DNA of 14,268 bases from NCBI GenBank assembly GCA_036339875.1, contig JAYZAC010000062.1:1-14268 (forward strand), given 5' to 3'. Positions within the stretch are counted from its first letter, which is position 1, and each line of letters opens with the position of its first letter. Positions 7,446-14,268 of this stretch are shown here, one piece after another. A program made the translations under genes and the position numbers. The stretch is from a bacterium. Lineage in GTDB: Bacteria > Muiribacteriota > UBA6191. Under the pieces are notes generated by a model. It was not told where the DNA came from and made no database searches. It saw only the letters and a list, made by a program, of their open reading frames with translations.

Positions 7446-9001
7446 TGTCTATATCAATTAAAAAACTGTCTTTCGCATCGACTCTAGCCTTTTTAATGAG
7501 TGGCCTATTTCTTGTAGCCTCCTTCAGTAGCTTAATGCTGGCAGAAAAATATTCGACCATACCTTTCAACCTTTTCTATATAGGTGTTTTATCATTTTGC
7601 TTAGCCAGCGCATTGGAATTTAGAAATATCGTTAAGTTTTTCAATCGAAATTACTACTGGATAGGGCCCCGACAAATTATAAGATTCATAGTACTAAGTT
7701 TTATCGCAGCGTTTTTAATGATAATCAGTTTTGAACGACATCTCTTGTACGATTGGACAGCGCAGCAATTCTACAGTTTAAGTAAACAAAATATAAATTT
7801 TCTTCAGAATCGTAGTTTCGCACTTACAATAATTGCAAGCCGCTCAGAACACCGTGATTTTTTTGAGACTATCGAAAGATTTAGTAATTCCCTAATCGCT
7901 GAGATTCCACAACTCAAAATGGACTGGATTGACCCAGTTTCGCAACCATCTATCATAGAGCAACTAAAATTAAGAACCATACCTTGCGTGATTGTGCATG
8001 AAGGCAAACCAAAAACCAATCGAATTATACTAGGAAAGTCTCGTCTTATGCCCAGAGACTTCAGTAAGCAAAACCGTCTCAGGTTTTTAGGTGAACCCGC
8101 ACTAATACAAGCGCTAGTACAATTGAAAAACCCTCAGAAAATAGACATTGTGTTCCTCACAAATAAAACGAGCTTCAAAGCAACCAAAGAAACAACTCTT
8201 TTGGATGAATCACCAGCTGGATATGCCGCTCTCAAAGATGTCCTTGAACAAGACGGATTTGATGTTAGAAGTGGTGAAAAGATAACTGATACAACAAATC
8301 CAATGATAATTTTTCTACCACTCAATAGAGTTAATGAAAATATTGAAACAAAACTTCTAATAAGATCCTCAAAAGGCTTACCAACTCTCTTAATGCTCGA
8401 AAGTCAGCCTTACAATCCGATACCAAAATTTTCACAGAAATATGGTGTTAAGTTTTTACTATATCCATTAATTGATCATATGCGTAAATTTAAAAATGAT
8501 CTAACGCTGATTGCTCCTTTCTATCAAAAGCATGAACTAACTGCAGGCCTTTCGAATCAATCAGAACCGATAATTCTGCAAGGTGCGAGTGCATTTCAAA
8601 TCACTAGTGGAAATGCAATTCTCAAGTCTAGTCGAATTTCTTGGTTGGAAACTGATCTTAATCGACTTCAAGGTCCTCAATTTGATAATAAACGCGATAT
8701 CAAGGGACCACTCAAGCTTATGATCGAACAACCCAAAAACACCTTGTGGATTAGTGATCAAGATTTTCTTAATAATCGTTATATGGGGCTACCGGGGAAT
8801 CGAACTTTTCTATTACATATTACTCATTTCCTCAGTGGACAATTGAATTTAATTAGTGAACGCGGAAAAACACTAGAAGAGCGCCACCTAGGTAGTGTTC
8901 AGCAAATCAACCGAAAGTTTATTGTCTTAATATTTCTTGTTATGCCCAGCTTGTGTTTCCTTATCGCAGCTAGTTTGGCCTGGATAAAGTCTAGAGAATA
9001 A
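7445..9001 (+). CDS. gldG: GldG-family ABC auxiliary component (ABC_transp_aux/GIFT domain)
   Basis: N-terminal TM helices, then YDWTAQQFYSLS, IDPVSQP, GYAALKDVLEQDGFDV, HELTAGL, SWLETD, DIKGP, SDQDFLNN...GNRTFL, and a C-terminal TM ending in WIKSRE. TAATG coupling to the permease. Confidence 0.85.
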   Translation: MSISIKKLSFASTLAFLMSGLFLVASFSSLMLAEKYSTIPFNLFYIGVLSFCLASALEFRNIVKFFNRNYYWIGPRQIIRFIVLSFIAAFLMIISFERHLLYDWTAQQFYSLSKQNINFLQNRSFALTIIASRSEHRDFFETIERFSNSLIAEIPQLKMDWIDPVSQPSIIEQLKLRTIPCVIVHEGKPKTNRIILGKSRLMPRDFSKQNRLRFLGEPALIQALVQLKNPQKIDIVFLTNKTSFKATKETTLLDESPAGYAALKDVLEQDGFDVRSGEKITDTTNPMIIFLPLNRVNENIETKLLIRSSKGLPTLLMLESQPYNPIPKFSQKYGVKFLLYPLIDHMRKFKNDLTLIAPFYQKHELTAGLSNQSEPIILQGASAFQITSGNAILKSSRISWLETDLNRLQGPQFDNKRDIKGPLKLMIEQPKNTLWISDQDFLNNRYMGLPGNRTFLLHITHFLSGQLNLISERGKTLEERHLGSVQQINRKFIVLIFLVMPSLCFLIAASLAWIKSRE

Positions 9002-9003
9002 CA

Positions 9004-10143
9004 ATGAAAATTTTTCAATGGCTAATAGACGCTCTTCTAGCTATTATTCTTATAATCGTTATTCACAAGGTTTATGATAATTATTACGGAACACCACCGG
9101 CGGAATGGAAGAATCCTTTTCAGAGTTTAACTTGGGCAGAATTTAAGTCTGTAGAATTTCCCAAACAAAATTATTCAATATCAGTCAAAAATAATCAGCC
9201 CTTATTGAGAATTGGTAATAAATCTTGGAATATAGACTTCGATAAAATGCAGCAATATCTCGATAATTGGCTCATTTTACCGAAATTTCAAGCTCAAGCT
9301 ACTAGCAAAAACTCAAACTATGGATTTGATGAAAAACCCGATCTACTAATTCAATTTAAAGATAAAAATCTGAACATACATTTGGGTCGCAGCGTCCCAG
9401 GGATGGAAGGAAGCTTCTATGTAAGCACCTCAGCTCAAACAATTTTTACTTTACCAACAGCTCTGCGAACCAATTTGCATTGGGAACCGGAGCATTTTTT
9501 ACCCCAGAAACCGTTCAAGGATAAACCACAGAAAGTCATCTTACCCAAAGAACTTATGATAAAAAGTATCGAATTAAAATTAGATAATAAAAATCGTTGG
9601 CAATTTGTAGGTAAAAAGATTTATCACAAACCGAACAAAATTATTGAGCGACTTTCACAAATTAAACTTAAGCCTACAATTAATATGAAATCATTGGGTA
9701 AAAAACTTACCTATATTAATTGGGATCAACAACAAATAAATATTCATGAAACAGGTTTTTACAATCCCCAAATCGAGCTTGGATGGATCCATACCAAAGC
9801 CAGTAAAAAATGGCTAAAAGAATTAAAACTAGAATGGATTAGTCCATACTTAAAGGACCACGAAGTTTTACTTAATCAAGATGTAACCCAGTTGATATAT
9901 CCTGACGGTAAGGTTCTTGAGCCAAAAAGCTCAGTTTTTGGTCTCTATTTACAAAAACTCATTAGATTCAGTGGGGAAGTTATACAAAAGTTGCCCCCCA
10001 TACCATTTGAAGTTTTTTATATTCATTGCTCAAGCCCAAAACATAAGCTAATACTCAGTGGCCTGAAAAATGACCGATTTATTGCTTTTTCTATCTCTGA
10101 AGGCTTATATCTAATCAACTCTTCTAAATCTGTTTTACCTTGA
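9004..10143 (+). CDS. Single-pass membrane protein, DUF4340-like
   Basis: N-terminal TM anchor. YGFDEKPDLLIQF...IHLGRSVPGMEGSFYV matches the DUF4340 pattern. Canonical position after gldG, 2 nt after its stop. Confidence 0.7.
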   Translation: MKIFQWLIDALLAIILIIVIHKVYDNYYGTPPAEWKNPFQSLTWAEFKSVEFPKQNYSISVKNNQPLLRIGNKSWNIDFDKMQQYLDNWLILPKFQAQATSKNSNYGFDEKPDLLIQFKDKNLNIHLGRSVPGMEGSFYVSTSAQTIFTLPTALRTNLHWEPEHFLPQKPFKDKPQKVILPKELMIKSIELKLDNKNRWQFVGKKIYHKPNKIIERLSQIKLKPTINMKSLGKKLTYINWDQQQINIHETGFYNPQIELGWIHTKASKKWLKELKLEWISPYLKDHEVLLNQDVTQLIYPDGKVLEPKSSVFGLYLQKLIRFSGEVIQKLPPIPFEVFYIHCSSPKHKLILSGLKNDRFIAFSISEGLYLINSSKSVLP

Positions 10144-10207
10144 TCATCATTTTCAGACAAAAACAAGCAAACTACTCATATAAAGTGTTGCACTTTTAAC
10201 ACTAGCA

Positions 10208-10242
10208 TTACAAAACTTCGGATCTTCTCCGAAAACCTGTAA
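10208..10242. promoter_or_regulatory. Symmetric dyad (operator or hairpin) upstream of the beta-barrel gene
   Basis: TTACA-aaac-TTCGGA-tcttc-TCCGAA-aacc-TGTAA: two nested inverted repeats with equal 4-nt spacers. Confidence 0.35.
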
Positions 10243-10281
10243 GGGTAAGCAAGCCAAGGAATAGGCGGGTATAAACGCAGC

Positions 10282-11454
10282 ATGAAATTAAAAAATACCC
10301 TTGCCATAGGATTGTGTTTGAGTTTTATCAATCCTCTAATGGCAGTTAAATATGAACGTAATCTGGAAGATTTTGGTTTTTCCGCTGAAGTGGAAAAATT
10401 TCGTCGACGCATTTCTGTGGATTTTGATCAAAATATACCGTCAGCTAGTTCAAATTCTTCGTCAGCAATTCCAAATCCCGTTCTTCCAAAGCTGCAAAGT
10501 AACTACAGCGATTTGGTACCGCCACCCACTAAACCAAAAGCTCGAAGATATTTTCAACCCAGATTAAGAGACAACGTACCTCGAACAAGGGATGAATTTA
10601 CTCGAGATCGTCGCAAAAGATTAAGAGATTACAAACGGCCGCCAGACTTTAATCTATTTTTACAAAATCACCGTAATATACCTGGTCAAGTTTTTGGTAA
10701 TACTGATAAAGGACTAACGGGTCTTTATCGTACAGTTGGGGCAACAACTATGCCCAAATCAAGTTACCTGTTTTACTCTCAGTTTTCCTTCATGAGATTT
10801 GATAGGGCCTTTGGTGAGCGAGTCAACACTGGTCAAATTGATAAGTTTTTAGTTCCCATGGGTCTGAGTGCCGCCCTAACGGACGAATTTGAAATTGCAT
10901 TGAGTGGTGATATTGTTAATGAACAAGCGATTAATTTCCCTCTAATCAACGATTATGAAAAAACTGAATTAGAAGAACTTAACTTTTTAGGTAAGTATAA
11001 ATTTTTTGACAATCCATCTCAGCAAACCATGGGAGCCTTTGGTTTTGGAGTCAGCAGTGCAATGGGAAAGCAGGTGACTCGAAGAGCCACAGATGGAACA
11101 AGCTACCTAGGCTTTTTATCGGCTACGAAACTAACTGAAAAGGTCAATGTACACGGACAAATAGGAATCAATATTGCCTCCGGAAAAGGCGCTACAGGCA
11201 ACGAGCATCCTAATAATCTTTTCTACAATATAGGATTCGAAGTTCCTGTAGCAACACGCACTAGAACTATATTAGAAGTAAATGGTTTAGACTGGGCTGG
11301 CTATGGCAATAATCTCGATATCACTGTAGGAGCTCGCTACCAAGTTCGCGACGAATTTTCACTGCAATTCGCTATGCCAATCAATGTATTGAGATCTAAT
11401 TTTCCGCAAGATTATTCTAGGATGTTTTCCGTTGGGTTAACATTGAAGCTTTAG
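10282..11454 (+). CDS. Probable outer-membrane beta-barrel protein with a basic/Pro-rich N-terminal extension
   Basis: Sec signal MKLKNTLAIGLCLSFINPLMA. Alternating amphipathic strands (FLGKYKF, VHGQIGINI, FYNIGFEVPV, ITVGARYQV, SLQFAMPI) and a terminal strand MFSVGLTLKL. GLTGLYRTVGATTMPK at the barrel start. Confidence 0.8.
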   Translation: MKLKNTLAIGLCLSFINPLMAVKYERNLEDFGFSAEVEKFRRRISVDFDQNIPSASSNSSSAIPNPVLPKLQSNYSDLVPPPTKPKARRYFQPRLRDNVPRTRDEFTRDRRKRLRDYKRPPDFNLFLQNHRNIPGQVFGNTDKGLTGLYRTVGATTMPKSSYLFYSQFSFMRFDRAFGERVNTGQIDKFLVPMGLSAALTDEFEIALSGDIVNEQAINFPLINDYEKTELEELNFLGKYKFFDNPSQQTMGAFGFGVSSAMGKQVTRRATDGTSYLGFLSATKLTEKVNVHGQIGINIASGKGATGNEHPNNLFYNIGFEVPVATRTRTILEVNGLDWAGYGNNLDITVGARYQVRDEFSLQFAMPINVLRSNFPQDYSRMFSVGLTLKL

Positions 11455-11914
11455 AGCCTTGCAAAACTTTCCTATATCGTAAAAATTCACCACGGTAATT
11501 TAGTTTTTCGTAAAAACTTCGAGCTCTCATATTTTTGTGATAAGCGTGCAAAGTCATGCAATGGGCACCGCCCTCTTTTGCTTTATTTTCGCAAACTTCT
11601 AATAAGTTCTGAGCTATTCCAGTACCATGGTAGTCAGGATGAACTACTATCACCTCAAGATGCGAAGAAGGATTACCGCTTAATATTTCATCCCGAAAAC
11701 TAACTAAGGCAGTAGCTAAAACCTGATTCGAAACTTCAACCACTAAAGCAAAACCGTCTTTGCGTGAGCCTTCCACAATTTTTTGATAGAGATCGTAATC
11801 AGACATCCAAAAATCTTCACTATCTCGATCTTCAGGTACAGTAAAAGCCACCAAATACGGTAATAACGCCTTAATAGTCTTTAAATCTTCTCTTGAAGCC
11901 TCTCGAATTTTCAC
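11417..11914 (-). CDS. GNAT family N-acetyltransferase
   Basis: IREASREDL start, acetyl-CoA motif A VVHPDYHGTGIAQNLL, and NMRARSFYEKLNY. GTG start overlaps the upstream TGA (GTGA). Confidence 0.9.
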   Translation of the reverse strand: MKIREASREDLKTIKALLPYLVAFTVPEDRDSEDFWMSDYDLYQKIVEGSRKDGFALVVEVSNQVLATALVSFRDEILSGNPSSHLEVIVVHPDYHGTGIAQNLLEVCENKAKEGGAHCMTLHAYHKNMRARSFYEKLNYRGEFLRYRKVLQGSKASMLTQRKTS

Positions 11915-12888
11915 AATTTACCTTCTCTTACTGCAAATTTCAGAACAACCGGATTCCTTATGTCAGATTCCTTATGCTGCCAAAGATTATGATCTAAAAC
12001 GATGAAAAAATAACCTTCGTGAATAGCCAGTCCCTCAGCTAGCCCAAAAACATTACTTTGCTTAAATATTTTTTTAGCGGTATCTCCATAACTCCAGCGC
12101 CTCAAAACCTTGAAATTATACGGATGTATTTCAACTACCTGCTGTCGATTTCTGATTAAGGTATAAAGCTTACCAGCATGAAAATGGGCTCCTGCAAAAT
12201 CCGGAAACACCCAAGACTTCCCTTTTTTACTTGGATACTCTGAACCTGAAGGAAATGTAAATTGAGATCTCAACTCAGACTTTGTTAATCCCAATACATA
12301 ACCCATCCTGAATTGACGTTCATTAAAAATAAATACCGAATCCTTGTCTGGATGACACGCGATAGCCTCTAAACCGGCGTTTTTAACACCCGAAAAGGGA
12401 TTCATTGAATACTTTTTTGAATGAAATGAAATCCAATCAGGCTTTACAACAGTTGGACGATAGAAATCTCCAACAGCCTTGACTTCAAGAATATTGCGAG
12501 TACTTTCCTCAGCCAAATAAAACTTCCCGTTACAATATGCAATTCCTTCAGTATCATAACGACCACTTTCAAAATTCTTCGCATGCCAACTAGTCAACCA
12601 ACTCGAATCAAGCTGCATTATCTTGACTAGAGCAGGTTTGGGGTCTAATTGTATGCGGAAAATATCGTTTTGATCCGAAAGATCACTAACAGTGTACAAA
12701 TGTTTTCCATCACTGGTGAGACCAGATAAATCCATTCTCTGAGGATACGGTTTAGTATCTAGAATATATTTCTTAATTAGTTTAAGCTCTCTAACTTGCT
12801 CAGCATGCAAAGAAACACTTAATAAAGAAATACTGAGAAGTAAGATTCTGTAACTAATCAGAATCGGAGTCTTCATCTTCTTCATCAT
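11911..12888 (-). CDS. Secreted beta-propeller protein, SdiA-regulated (YjiK) / phytase-like esterase family
   Basis: Signal peptide ending SLHA. Repeated blade motifs DLSGLT...LYTVSD, DTEGIAY...FYLAEE, NAGLEAIA, DFAGAHF...LYTL, AEGLAI...FFIVLD. The start could be 12888, 12885 or 12876. Confidence 0.78.
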   Translation of the reverse strand: MMKKMKTPILISYRILLLSISLLSVSLHAEQVRELKLIKKYILDTKPYPQRMDLSGLTSDGKHLYTVSDLSDQNDIFRIQLDPKPALVKIMQLDSSWLTSWHAKNFESGRYDTEGIAYCNGKFYLAEESTRNILEVKAVGDFYRPTVVKPDWISFHSKKYSMNPFSGVKNAGLEAIACHPDKDSVFIFNERQFRMGYVLGLTKSELRSQFTFPSGSEYPSKKGKSWVFPDFAGAHFHAGKLYTLIRNRQQVVEIHPYNFKVLRRWSYGDTAKKIFKQSNVFGLAEGLAIHEGYFFIVLDHNLWQHKESDIRNPVVLKFAVREGKL

Positions 12889-13369
12889 CTAAATTTATAA
12901 AATCTTCCTCGGATTCATCATCGTCAAAATCGTCAATCCATTCACCTGGATCACTTAATGGATCTCTCCCTAACTGCTTGGCTATACCAGCTAAAACACC
13001 ATTTATGAATTTAGCCGCTTTTTCATCACAATAAGACTCTGTCAATTGAACCGCTTCATTAATTACGACCGTAACCGGAACTTCAACCTTATGACTCAAT
13101 TCATAACTCGCGACTCTCAAAATTACTTTTTCAAGATTGCCTAATCGATCAATATTCCAATTATTCAAATTTGATGAAATTAGATTATCTAGCGATTCAC
13201 ACTCTTCAATTACGCCCCTAAAAAGCTCTGCTGCGAAGTTTTCTACTGTTGCACCAGGCTTTCGTTCGTCTAGTAAATAAGCAAAGCACTGCTCGGCGTC
13301 TTCACCGGTTACGAAATGCGGAAATAGAGTGAGCATGGCATATTCTCGACCTTTACTACGTCTTCCCAA
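12854..13369 (-). CDS. nusB: Transcription antitermination factor NusB with an acidic C-terminal extension
   Basis: Arg-rich N-terminus GRRSKGREYAM, then NWNIDRLGNLEKVILR, YEL, VPVTVVINEAVQL and FINGVL. TTG start with GGGAGAG SD at 13375-13381. Confidence 0.95.
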   Translation of the reverse strand: MGRRSKGREYAMLTLFPHFVTGEDAEQCFAYLLDERKPGATVENFAAELFRGVIEECESLDNLISSNLNNWNIDRLGNLEKVILRVASYELSHKVEVPVTVVINEAVQLTESYCDEKAAKFINGVLAGIAKQLGRDPLSDPGEWIDDFDDDESEEDFINLDDEEDEDSDSD

Positions 13370-13446
13370 AGTGTCTCTCCCAAGTAAAACCGCACAAAAA
13401 TAGGCATATTGCCGGCTAAAATGTTTTAATCGTGAGCTTCCTCCAG

Positions 13447-13452
13447 TATAAT
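13447..13452 (+). promoter_or_regulatory. Candidate -10 element for the TPR-like gene
   Basis: Perfect TATAAT; only a weak -35 (TTTTAA, 13424-13429) at 17-nt spacing. Confidence 0.4.
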
Positions 13453-13482
13453 GCCGAGCGGAAGCTCCAAGCTTCGATGTGG

Positions 13483-13511
13483 ACTATATCAATGCTATTA
13501 AACGCTGTCAA
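13483..13511 (-). promoter_or_regulatory. Near-consensus sigma70 promoter for the nusB operon
   Basis: On the - strand: TTGACA (13511-13506), 17-nt spacer ending in TGA (extended -10), then TATAGT (13488-13483). Predicted TSS about 13476. Confidence 0.75.
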
Positions 13512-13545
13512 ATATAGCCTAGGAGCTTACTGATCGGTCGATAGA

Positions 13546-14268
13546 ATGAAAATTAAATTACTGTTATTCGCGTGCTATTTTTCATTTTTAGCTACTAATT
13601 TACAAGCTAAAATTAAAGTTGATGTAACTCGCACACCTTCTCTGACGAACGCTAGTCAACAACAACACAAGCTAAAAATGGCTATTAGTAAGAAGTTGGA
13701 ACTTATTGAACGTCTGTTAGCGAGCAAAAAGTATCAGCAAGCAATCAATATTTGTCGTCAAGTTCTCGAACATAACCCATCCGCTACTATCGAGCAAAGA
13801 ACTAGCTTCTTGCTTGGAAAAGCACTCTTGCTGAAGGGTGAATGGCAACTAGCCGAATTAACTTTAAACGATTTAAATGCACGATGGCCCAGAAATCAAC
13901 ACAGGCAAGAGGCTGACTTTTTACAAATCAAAACCTCACTTGCAGGTCTTACTAGAACTGCAGACTTCGAAAGAGCCGTTCATAACATCTTAAACTTTCC
14001 ACCTTTTAACATTGATCTAGACTATTTTCAGTACTTTAGTGGATTTACCCGCGGTTATCAGATTAAGAAGATTCGTAAAAGTCAAAAATTACTTCAAAAA
14101 TATTTCACCTCTGAGAATATGGAACTCAGAACCAATGCCGTTTTATTAGATGGCCTCATTCAATGCTTTGATTTTGCCAATATAGAGTTGGGCATTCGAC
14201 CACTTAAACAATTAGCTCAATCACAAGAACAACGTGTAAATCATTTAGCTCGGCTAGCATTGATAATT
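13546..14268 (+). CDS. Secreted TPR-like (helical repeat) protein; partial (runs off the right edge), over 241 aa
   Basis: Translated by hand: open from ATG 13546 to the window end. Signal peptide MKIKLLLFACYFSFLATNLQA. TPR-like KKYQQAINICRQVLEHNPS and SFLLGKALLLKGEWQLAELTLNDLNARWPRN. Confidence 0.82.
   Translation, partial: MKIKLLLFACYFSFLATNLQAKIKVDVTRTPSLTNASQQQHKLKMAISKKLELIERLLASKKYQQAINICRQVLEHNPSATIEQRTSFLLGKALLLKGEWQLAELTLNDLNARWPRNQHRQEADFLQIKTSLAGLTRTADFERAVHNILNFPPFNIDLDYFQYFSGFTRGYQIKKIRKSQKLLQKYFTSENMELRTNAVLLDGLIQCFDFANIELGIRPLKQLAQSQEQRVNHLARLALII

Noticed and set aside
5834..10143. Calling the cluster a gliding-motility system
   Set aside because: GldAFG-like modules are widespread in non-gliding bacteria, and no gldK-N, spr or other motility genes are visible.
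10189..10201. boxA-like TGCACTTTTAACA (also GGCTTTAACA on the - strand at 3225-3234)
   Set aside because: Imperfect matches to GCTCTTTAACA in AT-rich DNA, compatible with chance.
3553..10567. Short ORFs 3553..3735, 5329..5532, 6391..6576, 6730..6954, 6991..7218, 7804..8019, 8134..8325, 8561..8761, 10176..10412 and 10352..10567
   Set aside because: They lie within, largely overlap or are antisense to well-supported genes, and have no family motifs.
13546..14268. BamD assignment for the TPR protein
   Set aside because: The Cys in its signal peptide (LFAC, residue 10) is mid h-region and followed by an SPI-like LQA site, and the sequence after two repeats does not look like BamD.
1..14268. CRISPR arrays, IS elements, prophage, tRNA/rRNA, defence systems
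   Set aside because: No spaced direct repeats, transposase, integrase or nuclease motifs, or cloverleaf structures were seen. All intergenic gaps are under about 230 nt.

Overview
Chromosomal window from an AT-rich, apparently diderm bacterium (it encodes a lipoprotein and a probable outer-membrane beta-barrel). I found no CRISPR array, mobile element, rRNA or tRNA. Left to right: (1) a giant surface lipoprotein on the - strand (over 1026 aa, <1..3080, runs off the left edge, missing from the ORF track), with an Ala-rich helical region followed by tandem Ig-like domains (S-layer/adhesin candidate); (2) a - strand operon of a purine-nucleoside-phosphorylase-family gene, mtnA and a membrane protein; (3) a divergent + strand GldA/GldF/GldG/DUF4340-type ABC cluster followed by a probable OM beta-barrel; (4) a - strand operon of nusB (with a long acidic tail), a secreted YjiK/phytase-like beta-propeller and a GNAT acetyltransferase; (5) a divergent secreted TPR-like protein running off the right edge (13546..>14268, also missing from the ORF track). 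Most notable: the phosphorylase has a PNP-I scaffold but carries Asn->Asp (6-aminopurine) and His->Phe (5'-OH pocket) substitutions and is coupled to mtnA. This suggests a PNP re-specified as an MTA/5'-deoxyadenosine phosphorylase. All family assignments are from by-eye motif recognition; no database searches were run.
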